Assembly (NCBI RefSeq): GCF_000711695.1
Contig: NW_013547021.1
Coordinates: forward strand, 248,001 to 312,000
From: Tilletiaria anomala UBC 951
Taxonomy: Eukaryota
Direction of reading: 5' to 3'
Length of the DNA: 64,000 nucleotides
Shown: positions 49,469 through 62,356 of the stretch, one piece after another
How positions within the stretch are numbered: position 1 is the stretch's first letter
Layout: the number at the start of each line of letters is the position of its first letter
The notes under the pieces: generated by a model
Seen by the model: the letters and a program-made list of their open reading frames with translations, nothing else
Database searches by the model: none
What the model was told of the DNA's origin: nothing
Program-made: the position numbers and the translations under genes

Positions 49469-51279
49469 TAAACAACCCGCGCAAGCCTTTGTATTCATTC
49501 AGCACAAAAGAGAACAGTGTATATCATCGGAGCCAAGTCGTTTGCCATCATAGTCATAAAATTTGACGCGAGAAATTGGAGCTACAAATGCTGCGAGATG
49601 TGACTAATGTGCGTGGGAAGAAAGTATGTTTCGCGGTGGGATGTGATTTTTTGTGCCTTTCCTTTTCATTTTTGGGGTTGTAGTTGTTCCTTTCCTGCTT
49701 CAATCCAGCGATGAGCGAAAAACGAGGACGACCCAAAGCAGAAGACACACGCGGCGCGTCCTTGGAAGCATGCTATGCACGATCCGATTCGATGCCGCAG
49801 GCGGCAAGGCGATGCAATGCTGACTGCCTGCTCGACCCTATCACGGCACCGTGCCGCGGCTCGGGGCTCGTGCCGACTTTGCTCGACTGGCCAGCTGCAT
49901 CAGGCATGCCTCGAACCTTCAAAGCGAAGGACGTTACCGAGCAGCATCGACCACCAATCAGTGGTTGACTACATGCTTAAGGAGAAGTAGCGGCCAGCGA
50001 TGAAGAGGCATGCGAGACGGGAGCCGTGAAAGCGGCGACGGTGGCGGGTGGGGAGAGGTCAGTAGGCTGGTAGCAAGCGATCAAGCGAGAAAGTGCACGG
50101 ATGGTACAAATGGTGGGGCGGACGGTGTGACTGGTGCGCGGGTGGCTCGTCTAACGCTTCTTGCCTTCCCGCAAGCGCAAACGGGAATATGGTTGACGGG
50201 CTGGAGGAGGTTAAGATGCTGTGGGTGGAGCATTTTTCTTGATCGGGGGCGATGAGTTGACTCGCTGACCACCGTTTAGGGACATGGCGTCCTATGTGCA
50301 AGGACGCATGTGCGCAGGGTGTGAAGGTTGGGAACGCCTACGACACGGACATGAGGTTTGGCCCAGCGTAACGAAGCTGCTCGACGCTATTTCCTTGTGA
50401 ACCCCGCGTTCGTCCGGGTGGAGTATGCACTATCGTTAGAAGCGATGGCACACATCCAGCCCGGATAGAACGCGGGAAGGCAGAGGCGGAGACTGACGAC
50501 TTTCGACGCTAAAGTGGGGTAGAACCTCTGCTCTCTCGGTTGGTGGGGTGTACGAACGACGATGGAGCGGCCTGTTGGAGGCAGGCTGCAAGTCGTCCGT
50601 TCATACGATCGATCCAATCGGCCGTCTGTCTGTTCTTCCGCTCCGCCCATTGGATGGGAGCGGAGCGAATGAGCGACACAGGTGCGGAGTATGATCGGAG
50701 GGAGGATGGGTGTTGCGCACGCGGGGCTCGCCGAGGCAGTCGGCGCGCCGTGCGTGGTGAAAGCGCAAGCAAAAAAAAAGTGAGAGAGTGTCCGGGCTCG
50801 GCGTTCAAAAGAGGGGTGTAATCGAGAACAAAACACATCGTGACTCGGTAAGAGAGGTGTTTGTTGAACAGTGTCTGTCTTGAAGTTGAACCGTTGACCA
50901 GGGGCGGAAAAGCGAGAGGAGTGTGCAGATATGGTGTCGAGTGCGATCGGAACGCCAGGATGCCGTGTGGCAAGGCGTTTTGGTCAGATGCACTGAAATC
51001 CGTACTCCCTCGTCCGGCCCTCCGGTCTCGGACCGCAAGAGGGCTCTGTAAAGGAGAGCGCTCTCACGATCGCAAAGAGAGATAGAGAGTGGTGAGTGGC
51101 ATCGGAATGCGATGTCCTGAATCCGACTGCTCGAGAGACGGGAGGAAAGGCAAAGAAGAAAAGAGATTGAGAGACGGAATGGATGAGTGCCAAGGCGAAC
51201 AAAACACAAAAAGAAACACGCGCGTTCATACTGACAGATTCGACTGTGAAGAAAGACAAAAGACCCGAGACGGGCCGCG

Positions 51280-53295
51280 TCAATTGAATGACACGGACAT
51301 CGTGTCCTTTTCGAATCCTTCTTCATCGTCTTCGTCTTCATCGGTATGTGCATCCGCATCCTTGCTGATGTTGTCGTTATTGAACAGAGTGTCGTGCTGA
51401 CCGTCGCCGTCGTCGTCGTCGTCATCATCACCGTGTAGGTTGACGATGAGGTCGAGCATCGCCAGGCTCGCCTCGCCGCGTTTGACATGGATAGTGCGGA
51501 AGTGACGCTGGCAATCGTGCTTGCGCGCAAAGTCCTTGCGGCAGCCGGTGAGCGGGCAGAGGTAGGGCTTGTCGCGCACCGTGTCGTGCGTCGCCATGTG
51601 CGTCTTGAGGTTGAACGCGCGATCAAACTGCTTGTGGCACACCTCGCACGCGAAGCGCTTCTTCGCGCTGCCGCCGCGTCCGACGCCGCGTTTGGCGTAA
51701 GGTCCGCGGCGACCAGCCGTTGTCGTCGAGGATGCGCTCTTCCTTTTGGGTGGAGCGGCTGCAGACGTGCCGGTCGTCGCTGCTGCAGCTGCCATTACGC
51801 TTGCGGCCGCGATAGTGACGGGACGCGGAGGCTGTGGGTGATGCAGCTGCGATGGCGGGCGCAGGCTGGTGGCGTACGGTGAGATGCCGACGGACGAGTC
51901 GAGTGACGATGTGGTGGTGGACGCGGCAGACGAGGCGGTAGACTTTTGATTAACGACTGGGCGCCGGGCGACGACGGCCTCGTCGCTGTCGCTGCTCGAA
52001 GCGCTGTCGCTGTTGAACGAGCTAACGCTCGTGTTGCTTTGACTCCAGAGCCGACGCTTCTTCTCTTCTTGTGCTTCGAGGAAAATGCGCGTGGGTACCA
52101 TCTGACCGGTGACAGAATAGAGCTTGCCGACAAAGTCATCAACCAGCTCGGGCGCGTGGCCGTCGACGATCATCTGGAAGACGGTGCGGCAGCCGTTGAC
52201 CATCATCACGTCGTTAGCTGGGTTGCTGCCGGGCATGACGTTGTGCTCCGTGCCAGCGCTTGTGCCGAGTGAGAATGTGTCAAGCGACGGTAGGCCGACA
52301 GGCGAATGGTACGACGCGCCTGTCCATGGCGGTGTGGTCAGCGAGCTGTCCGACGAGCCGATCGACGAGCGACGAACTTCGTAGTCGCTGGATGCAGCAC
52401 CGAGAGAAGTCGAGCGCGGGCCAAAGAGTGCACCAGGTCCCAGCTGGTGGGAAGTAAAGAAGTCGACCGTGTCCGGAGGCGAGGAGTCGCTTGATGGCGA
52501 GATCATGGCCAATGGCGAGGCGACGATGGCTTGCTCAAAAAAAGCGGCAGTGGCGGATGCCTTGCCATCCGCTGTGGCCGTCGGAGGGGTGACCTGGATC
52601 GTGTGACCAGCAAAGTATGCCTGGGCTTGCGTGAAAAAGTCGGCCATATGGTCTGTACAGTCGGCTTGGCCCAAAACGGGAGCGTCGCCCTTGGCGGTGG
52701 CGTCGCCGATGATGCCACCAGATAGGAGAGACTGATGAAAGTACTTGGTCCAGTCGGAGTCGTCACTTTGCTGCCCCTTGCCGTTCGCAGCGGATACTAG
52801 GGTCCTATCGGGGTCTGTCTCAGGGATATCGTGATCGTCTGGCGTCGTAGCCACAGGGGAGAGGACATCTGGCGACATCTCCCTCAACTCGGGTGAAAAG
52901 TCACGAGCAGATGCGGGGGACCGAGGGGACGAATGGGCCTGTGGCGAATGGAGAAAGGCGCTGAAGTGGTCTGGGCCGTCGCCTTGAGCTTGACGAGCAC
53001 CAGCAGCGCTGGCGACGCTAGCAGACGGTCCATAGATACTGCCACTGATCATTCTGAGCGTGGAAGACGAGTCGGGTGGCAGAGGGTGCTGTTGCTGCTT
53101 GGTTGCTGCCGTCGTCTGCTCGTCACCTCCAATACTGAATGGGATGAAAGGGGCAGACGGGGTCGGGGTAGCGATGGTGGTGGTGGTAGCGGGAGAGGCA
53201 GAAGCAGGGTTGCTGAAGCGGCCCGCGAGCCGGTGCGACTGTCCGTCACCGAGCAGCTGAGTGTCCTCGCGGTGATTAGCAAGGATATGACTCAT
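51280..53295 (-). CDS. C2H2 zinc-finger transcription factor (two fingers, Crz1/Ace2-type)
   Basis: FACEVCHKQFDRAFNLKTHMATH and PYLCPLTGCRKDFARKHDCQRHFRTIH; Ser/Pro-rich N-terminus; basic NLS-like segment; acidic C-terminal tail; intronless. Start MSHILANH at 53295 is likely. Confidence 0.9.
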   Translation of the reverse strand: MSHILANHREDTQLLGDGQSHRLAGRFSNPASASPATTTTIATPTPSAPFIPFSIGGDEQTTAATKQQQHPLPPDSSSTLRMISGSIYGPSASVASAAGARQAQGDGPDHFSAFLHSPQAHSSPRSPASARDFSPELREMSPDVLSPVATTPDDHDIPETDPDRTLVSAANGKGQQSDDSDWTKYFHQSLLSGGIIGDATAKGDAPVLGQADCTDHMADFFTQAQAYFAGHTIQVTPPTATADGKASATAAFFEQAIVASPLAMISPSSDSSPPDTVDFFTSHQLGPGALFGPRSTSLGAASSDYEVRRSSIGSSDSSLTTPPWTGASYHSPVGLPSLDTFSLGTSAGTEHNVMPGSNPANDVMMVNGCRTVFQMIVDGHAPELVDDFVGKLYSVTGQMVPTRIFLEAQEEKKRRLWSQSNTSVSSFNSDSASSSDSDEAVVARRPVVNQKSTASSAASTTTSSLDSSVGISPYATSLRPPSQLHHPQPPRPVTIAAASVMAAAAATTGTSAAAPPKRKSASSTTTAGRRGPYAKRGVGRGGSAKKRFACEVCHKQFDRAFNLKTHMATHDTVRDKPYLCPLTGCRKDFARKHDCQRHFRTIHVKRGEASLAMLDLIVNLHGDDDDDDDGDGQHDTLFNNDNISKDADAHTDEDEDDEEGFEKDTMSVSFN

Positions 53296-55155
53296 ACGCT
53301 CTTTGGCCTTTGTGCAATGTGCTTGCCTAAGACGCTGTCTGCCTAGAGAGCCTAGCCCTTTTGTTTCTTTTGGGAGGGGGATGACGAGGGGCACCAAGAA
53401 GAGAGAGGAGAAGAGTAGGAAGCGTGGAGGGGTCGATAGAAATCATGAGCGGGTGAGGGACGCACACGAGCACGCGCGAGAGAACCGGGCGATGGTTGGT
53501 GCTGTTGTTGGTGCTGCTGCCGTTGCTGTTGCTGTTGCTATTGCTGTTTGGCAGAGTGAAAAAGCGAGATGGGATTGCGGCAAGAGCTTAAACGCAAGAG
53601 TCACCCAGTGCTGTTCCCGATACCAAATCGCCAGTTCAGCGTTCCAGTGAGGGGAAGGGGGCGCGCGCACATCGGGCTTATCCCACCGCACTGCCCCGTG
53701 GCTCCTTCCCGCATCCACGTGTGTGTACAACCGACATTTGCCACTGCGCAGTCGAATATTTCTCGAGCACCTGGGTGGGGTTCGAGCGAGTCATACATTT
53801 GGGTTGCTGCGCATTCGCATGCGACACTGCTCTTGAGCGGCTCTTCGGATGTAAGCAGCATATTTGTCTTCCTCCAGAACCCCAGCCACCAGCCAGGCCC
53901 ACGGGAACGGAGCTGTGGGCACTCACTCCTCTCTCTGTCTTCCTCTCGGCGCTGCGCCAAGGCACACCCCGAGCCGTCCTGCCTGTCTTTCTCATCTCTT
54001 GCTCCGGTTCATCGAGCCCTGAACTTTGGCTGTCGTGCAGCTCAAAGCATGGTGAACCTAATAACGAATATCCACCGCCCCAATTCCTGCCATCCACTAA
54101 ATACCAACAACAGGGCACAGGCTGTCTGCACAAGGAACAGCAGGCGCCGACCGAGAGCAAGACGCCTGATTCATCTGATATGTGAAGGCATCCATTTCTC
54201 CCCGCCATGCAGCCAGAGAGGCTCTGAGAACACGCGTGCTTCCTGCTCGCGGATCCCCTCAACTAATCACAGAATCACCTTCCAGCCCGCCCGTCGTCGC
54301 CAACTCTGATGGTGACAGTGGCGCGCTGGCCACACTGCGGGGGCAACGTTGATTTACACGAGAAAGACGTACGCGAACCAGCTAGTTCTTTCGAGCATGT
54401 CTGCAGCACACCTGAGCTCGAAGCACATGAACGCAGGATTGAGAAATCACATTTGAAGGCTGAGACGTTGCAATGATACGCACATGCGGGCAGATAGAGT
54501 TTCAGCGATCCATTGCTGCTATCTAGCATGTAGTACGGAGTCATGAAAGTAATGAGGAATATGACTATGGATGGATAATAATAATGATGATGATGATCGC
54601 GGTAACGAGTAGAGGACGATGGCAATGATGAGCCCCGGGAACGACCCGTCTCGTTTTCCTGTGGACGACATGAGTGTGCCCCCCTCGGGCGATGTAGTAA
54701 TTACAGCCGCGCCTGCAATGCCCGCTAGGTATGATTCTTGCGCATCGTGTTAATAGGAGCAGGAGAAGAGAACGGTAACAGATTCCTAGGTGTGCTCACG
54801 TAGCATAGCGTGGGGTGTAGGATGATCGGATTTGCTATATCGTGATGAAGCAATCGAGAGAATCAAATACTAAAAAGTCGAGGTGGCAAACCGAGATGAC
54901 AAGACTCGGGTATAATTGGCAAAGAACCTGTTGGGGATTGAATGATTGACAGGCGGTGATGACCATTGCAGTTTTGGCTGAATGGCCTAAGGTGGTCGAA
55001 CCGCAGTCGACGCATTGCTGACCCGAGGCAGCTGGTATCAAATGTCGAATCGATTGTCCACAAGGTTCGCGGCACTGCAAACGTGCAAACGGAAGAATGT
55101 TCAAACCAGGGAGTATAATAATATCAGGTAGCGAGAAGAGGAGTTGGCCGCTTGA

Positions 55156-58132
55156 TCACTTGAGATCGCAGATCATCGTCCGCCGCTTGCGCGCATTGAC
55201 TGTATGGCCGGCCTTCTTCATGTGCGCCTGCGTCCGCTCGGCATGCCAGTCGCAGAGACGTCGACCATTGATGACATAAAAGTCATCCAGTGGCTGCAGT
55301 GAGCAAAGAAAAAGGTAGAGGGAAGATAAATTGCATCAGAAACCAAGGTGGTGAAAGTCTCTCGGCGGTCCAACCTACCTCTTGGCAAAATTCACCCTTG
55401 TCGGCTTCTGACATCCCCACGAATTGGCATGTCAGGCAATGGGTGTGGTATCGCTCGCCGCCTTCGGTTTGCTTGCAAAGCCCTTCGATGCCTTCCCCGC
55501 ATCCTTCGCAGAGCGTGCCGTTGCGCAGATGATAGTGCTCACAACAGTACGGACTGTTCTCATACACATAGAACGTCCCGTCCTCGAACTTCATGTCGCA
55601 GTGGAAGCACGTAAAGCAGGCGCGGTGGAAGATGCCGCGCAGCGCCCCGTCGGACGACTTGACCGCATTTGACTCAACCGGCTCGCCACATTTGCGGCAT
55701 CGAGGCAGATAGCGTCTGGCGTAGTCCCTCGCGCAGAAGAACTGGCCGTCGCGCTCGACGAACGGCGTCTTGGACGAAGACAATGAGCAGCTGCAGATGC
55801 AGCAACGGCGTTTGGACTTGCTGCAGCTCCACTCTCTTCCCCCCTTGGGGCCGATATCTGCGTTGCTCTTCTTGAACGTCGCTGGGCGAGAGAGCTCAGG
55901 CGTCGGCGTAGTGTGACTACGAGAAGACTTAACAGGGTGCGACTCTAATTGCAAATTGCTCGCTTGCTTTGCATGGCTGACGAGATCAGGCTCTGTCCCT
56001 CTGCGCGCTGGCATGGGAGAAGTAGGGCCCTCCAAGTCACGCATGAGCGTTTCGATCCCGGCAATGTCGACGTCAGACTTCTTGCGCGGGCTTAAATGCT
56101 TGCGCGAGCTGTCAACATTAGCAGATCCGGTGATATCCTCGTCATCATGTGAAGCGCCCTCCTGGCTCAGCCGGCGCTCCATGATAGGGGATACGGTTCG
56201 CCCGGGCGTCTTTCTGCTGCTCTTGGATGCCGGCGAATCATGCGCGCCTTGGCCAAAGTGCTCATAGCTTGAGCTCGGGGTCATAACCGAGCTCTGACCA
56301 CCAGATGTGTCAAATGAGCCGGCACGCGCACGCTTCGAATTCCCGGTTTGATTCACGGCCCCAAGTAGCGACGATTGCGCACTGGACACAGATGATGCAC
56401 TCGATGACTCCTGCCGCTGTAGCTCAGCTGCACGGGACCCTTTCGCCCTTTCCTTTTGCCTCTGGCGCTCCCAATCTTTCGATTTCGCAGAGGCTGGTAC
56501 CTCATCTTTTAGAACCTGACGAGATTTTGCACTTGCAGCATCCTCGAAGAGCATTGCTGCGATGATGACATCTGCCGTGGCGCCTGCACCGCCACGTTTT
56601 TTGGCCTCACGTTGCGCCGCAATCTGCTTTTTGCGCTCTTCGCGGATGCGCACTTCCTCGTCCCTCTGAGCTGCGGCTTCGTCGAATGACTTTGTCGTCG
56701 GTGGCGCAGACTTTGGCATATTCCGGTAGGGATCATTATCGAGCAAGTTGGACAGAAAAGCCGGCGAGTTCGGACCCTTGTTCTTACCCGCAAATACTGA
56801 ATCATAGCGGTCGAGGAACGGACTTTTCGCTTCGCTGTCCATGCTGTGAGCAGTTTGTGGGACATTCCGGATGTCGACGAACCCAGGCCGCCGGATCTTG
56901 AGAGAAAGTGGATTGAGTGAGGAGGCCTTTTGTGAGCCTGAATAAACGGACGATGAACAGCTCATGGCACTGTTGCTGCGTTCGACGATAGAAGCGCAAT
57001 GATGCGTCCCGAGATCTTCGAAGCTGATTTGAAGTCCACAGTCGGCGCATTTGGCTTTCGGAAGATCTTCCGCTTCCACGTACATGGTTGCTCGAGATAC
57101 TGATCGCCGCGCTTGCGCTGCTGGTCCAGGGCTTGCATTGCCCTCCAGCTGTGGATTCTGCCCGGGTTTGTACGTATCGCGATGATATTGGTGATCTGTG
57201 ACGGTGTACTGCGTATACCGTGCGGTGTCTGCTTCGTTTGCGGCACGAGAAGCATGTCCGTCACGGACGTGTTGCTGATAAGTTTCGTCAACAAGCTGGC
57301 AATACTCGCTCACTCGTGAGCTAGCTTTTGCGGACGCGGGTGCTGACAAAGCCAAAGGCACAGCCGCTGACCCTTTTGAATCCTGCACAACATAGCGGGA
57401 CCAATCCGCCTGCTGTTGCTGTTGCTGGTGACGTGCCGCTTCTCGCTCACGGGCCTGCCGCTCGTACTGCTGGCGCTTCATTTCCTCCTCACAAAGCTGC
57501 TGCTGCTGTAATTGCTGTCGCCGCTGCACTTCCTGTTGTTGTTGCACCAGCCGGAAGTCTTCTTCCGTCCTTCGCCTCCTTTCATTCTCTTTGTATTGGT
57601 TTTGCTCCGCCAATCTGCGCCGCTCTGCCTCTTCCACTTCTCGGCGCTGCTGCCAGTTCCATTCCTGGCGCCGACGCTCATCCTCCTCGGCTTCTCTTTG
57701 CTTTTGCAAGCGATACTCCTCGATCTTGCGCTGCTGTTCCGCGAATTTGCGCGCACCAAAGCCTGCCATGTTACATGCTGCATCTTGTCCAGCCCCACCT
57801 CCGGCACCCACAGGTGCGTCGTCAAGATAAGGTGTCGAGTAGGGCGATGTGTTGCTATCTTGGAAGTAAGATGATTGGGAGGCTCCTTCTGCAGTCAACG
57901 AGTAGCCATTCTGCGCTCCAGCCTTGCTGTAAAAGCTAGAGTAACCTTGCTGCTGGCTATACCCTTGCGTCTGCTCTGGGTAGTATTGCCCTCTTGCGGG
58001 TTTCTGCTGGCTGTACAAGTGATCTTGCTTTCCTCCTGAGCTTGTATTTTGTGTGTAGCCACCTCTTTGTCCCCCACCATATCGATCATAACTTTGATAC
58101 GCGGCTATTGAGCCGCTTTCGTGGCCATACAT
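55156..58132 (-). CDS. Paxillin-like LIM-domain protein
   Basis: C-terminal LIM domains (CCICSC...FFCARDY; CRKCGEPV...FHRACFTCFHC...YCCEHY; CEGCGEGI...YHTHCLTC...|PLDDFYVINGRRLCDWH); intron about 55293-55378; ends RKRRTMICDLK*; Gln/Tyr-rich and coiled-coil N-terminus; central CxxC...HxC motif. Confidence 0.85.
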
Positions 58133-61100
58133 CGTGGTTGTGAGCGTCCTTGCCTGTTTGAAATCATCCAATGTGCGATTGTTAGCCCTGACTTATGGCC
58201 AAGGGTTTGTACGATGCCGACTTACGCAGAAACATGCAAGCGACTTGCAACTGAAGTGTCGACTACTGCGTACGTGGCGCGAAGCGTATGTTAAGATACG
58301 CGTTGCAAGCCAAGCTGCGGTGACCTCGATGGAGAATGGGTCGATTAGTAGTTGAAGCTTTAGGTGGAGGAAGCAGAACTTGCAACTTGCAAGGCGTGCT
58401 GGCGTATTTCTCTGAAGGGACGGGGCAAATTCGAGCGTGTTGTGACCTTGATGACTTGATCCTAGGCCTGTGAGGTCGAATCAAATTTACGGGCACCGTT
58501 GACAGAATTGCGACAGTCGCATATCGTACGAAAGAGCCGGATTAGGTGGGTAGCTAGCTCAAATGCAAGCAAAGCAGAACACGGCACCGCCGATGCTGCG
58601 CGCGTACGGGCAACGTGACCGACCGTACGTCAACTTGTAACGACCGATGATGGTGACAGGTGAAGCGGTGACGATGGGGTGTAATTAGGGATGAATGATG
58701 ACGAGCGCCGAGCTCGCTAGCACACGAACGCGGCCCATCGATACGACGTACGTGCAATCAACGATCCTTGTTGGGAGTTGGGATCGCAGTTGCAAGAATG
58801 CGGTTTGCCAAGCGCGGTGTGGAAGATGTGCTCCGTGTCGATGATGTCCCGCACGGGTGCCTGGGGCCTAGGCGAAGCTTGGAGGATAAATAGAGGCCAC
58901 GATTTCGGCGAGGATGATCTGCCCGGTAGTCTGAGGTGCAGGTGCAGCGTGATTTTGTGTTCGATGCAAAATACTCAATGGATGGGTGTTTGGTATGCGT
59001 GCAGTGTGTCCGTGTGGGGGTACTTCGGGGTGCATGCCGTGCTGTGCCGTGCTGTGCCGTGGAATGTGGAGCAATGCGAAATGCATTAGTGCGGGGGAAT
59101 TGGGTTTTATGCTTTACTGAATGGTACCCCATGTCTAGGATGCGTATTTACCGAGCGGCCTCAATAGCCAGGATGACAGGCTGGCAGGTGCGAGACAATG
59201 ATGTGGCGATACGTCCCCACTTCACATGTTCACACTTCACAGGATGGAAGGCGTGGATATACGAAGTGTACAGCATTGATGCAGAACGACCACCCCCTGT
59301 CCTCATCAACACTCGAAAGGCATCGAGACTCTCGGCTTTCGCCACATTCGCGCGCGCGTTTCTGTTTTGCTATGGCGCCTAGCACACATTTCAGATCCAA
59401 ATATCTCATATCATCTCAGAGAGGCACTGGTGTGTTGTATTCAGTGTTGCCGCTTGTCTGTCAACAGCCAGTATGCAATATTGCCGTCATAATGGCGCGA
59501 GAGCGGTAGGCCGGTCACTGACTGCCACTTCCAGGCTCTCTTGCCCTTTCCCTCGTCAGTTGTCAGGGCCACTGCCACTTGCGAGGCCGTGGCTTGCTTC
59601 TGCGTGTTTCTGATCTCCCGTCTCTCTGTGAAAAGACTGTTGCCAGCTTCTTTTTTCTTAGCTTTGCAGCATCCCCAGTGACTTCCCGACTCCTGTCAGT
59701 TTGCTCTGCGGGTCACGCATTGCGTTGGCTTCATGGATTTGCATATGGCCCGGTCGGGCCCTGCCAACAGGGAAGCTGCTCTTTTCGTTTTCATCGCTGC
59801 GGTCTTCTCCGTATTGCGGCGCTGTGCACTGGCCACCATGCCCCATGCAGGCCCTACGCTAAATGGTCTGAAATCTCGGTTCTACCTAAAATTATTCCTG
59901 GGCCGACGCATCTTTGTGTACATAGGTTGCCAACAATGAACAAAGGCCCGAAGCTGCAAAGTGGTAGTGCATAAAATGTAATACGTTTTAAGATTTAGGG
60001 CTCGCTCGCATGTTCCAGAGCAATGTGAGCTTTCTCACCAAGCCGCACGTATCTTCTTTTTCGGGGAAGAAAGGTCAATACTCAATCATTGTCCGACGCC
60101 TCAATGCAGAGCTGTGGGAATGCGGCGAACTGCTCGTCTGCGCTTGCCTTTCCACTCAACTCTTCAACTACTGTGCGCAGGATGCGGGGGCAAACGGCAG
60201 ACTCCGTCTCCCAGCTCATGCTTCCATGGAATCATCCTCTCATGCGCGTGTCTGACTTCTCACATGCTTGAGCGTTTCATATTGCTTGATCCGGCCCATC
60301 GCTTCTCGTCATCGTCGTTTATCGAGCATCTCTCCTTCACCCTCACCCTTGTCAAAGCGTTTAAAAGTCTGCTTGACTCGAGTGTTAAGGCTCTTCGCAT
60401 CAGGCGCCATGTTCTGCACCCTGCTCGGTGCTGGGCTGATTTGGATCATTGTACTCCCCTTGCACCGTGTGCGGGAGGAAGCCGGCGATACCCGAGCGTA
60501 ATCTTCGAATACCCCCATTAGTCGTCAAAGTGTCAGCCGCAATGTTGAGCAACGAGGAGACGGATGTTCGATTGGGCGGCAGGCTGCGCCATGGCACGGA
60601 AATTGAATCATTTACGGAAATTCATATGCGTACGAGCTCTTGCAGATTCTTGCCCTTTCTTGCCTCCCGTAGTTGTCGAATGCCTCCGCGTGTCAATTTC
60701 AAGCAAGCATTGGAGGTACTTGGTGCCTGGTATCGCTTAGTGGTCGGTGAATGGGACCCGCAAGGCGCAAGCGTGCGCTAGTTCCCGCAAGTTCACATGG
60801 GGCATGTGTAGAATGCTAGAATTGGCGCCAGGGACAAGGACTTCCAGATGGTAGGTATATACGAGCACTATGTGTGTGGTCACTATGTACTCACTGCTCA
60901 CCGCTCACTTCATACTCGCTATTTACTACTACACACTGTACTGTTGCACTCCAGACCTATTGGCCCCGTATCTATGCCCGTGTAAGCAGCCACATGGAGG
61001 TGGAGTGCAATCAGAATCGCAATAGCAGATGTGCGGGGGGATTTGCCCAGCACGGTCGCAACAGTCCGCAGCTCTTCTCGGACCTTTGTGAGATGTGCCC

Positions 61101-62356
61101 GCCTCTTTTTCGGGTTGCAGGAGTCGCAACATTCAACCAAAGGGCCCAAATCCATTACAATACGACGATCCAGCAAATACTGACCGCCATGACTCGGTCT
61201 GACCATCTGGCATCTAAAAGCCTGAAACAAGTTGACCATGTGACCAGCCACTTCGGCAGGTTTCAACTCAGAGACGCTGCCATACTGACTGTTGTAACGC
61301 TGACCTGGTGAAAGCTGGCAACCTCCCAAAAGAAGGCTCGGGCTGACCTCCTTATCAATTGCTGATTGCTGGGCCTTTAATTTCGATTCAGAATAGTTCA
61401 GACCCCAGTCCCCGGGCAGCCAGGTCAGCCGTGAGAGCATACATATACATACGAGCAAAGAAACTGACAGCAAGCTCCTAATGGAGACACTGAGCGGATG
61501 TACCCCGCATCTTGTAGGCCTGTACTTGGCTTCCGGGCCTTGGGCTTTATGGGAAAGGCTCGTGACTCGGGATGCCACTTTGTCTTCACATAAGGGTCTC
61601 ATCTCCGCTGCGGCCGCTGAAGATTTGAGTAACTGAGCGCCGAGGACGCATTACATAGTGCGTTGACGACAGTCCGGCGACTGGACTACTATCTCAAATC
61701 TGAATATTGAATGCTGAACGGGTTCAGTCTCGCAGAATTGTACACGTTGATCCCTGATACCACGGCCGCCGGAAATTGTTCATGAGCAGCAGAGAGCCAT
61801 ACGCCGCATCTCGCCGCCTGATATTCAGGTTGCACAAGGCTCAATGATATCTATCAGTATAATGAACCCATACGGGAAAAGGAAATGGGCCATGGTGTGA
61901 GGAGAAATACATATGAGAGATAGATGTTAAATGACAGCCGGGTGATGATGGGATCTGATGTGGTGATGGTGGAAGTGGCGTTGATGCTGGCAATCTCATC
62001 AGTGACTGACTTGTTTTTTCCCCTTTATGGCGCCGTTCTCTCCGCCGAGCGGCTCCAATAGAATTGCAGCAGTCAAGCACAGCATAGCAGTAGTTGCACG
62101 CAAGTCATGGATAGAAACGTTAGTGAAGTGGCAGGGTGGTGGTCCCAATCTATCACAGCTGTTGGTGTAAAGCAGAGACTTTGGTGCCTTCTCTCCTCCG
62201 ATTGTGCGATTCGCATGCCCCTGCTAGGAAGAGGTGCGCGCATTGACAACCAATGCCAGTCCACCAAAATCCCTACATGGTGGAACAAGCTCTTTCTAAT
62301 GACTCTCCAAAGGCAAATATCCAAGAGCAAGGCGCATGTATCTCTCGTGTGGACCC

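Noticed and set aside
54575..54597. Short (ATA)n(ATG)n run containing TGATGA as a possible C/D snoRNA box C
   Set aside because: Simple microsatellite with no matching box D or terminal stem.
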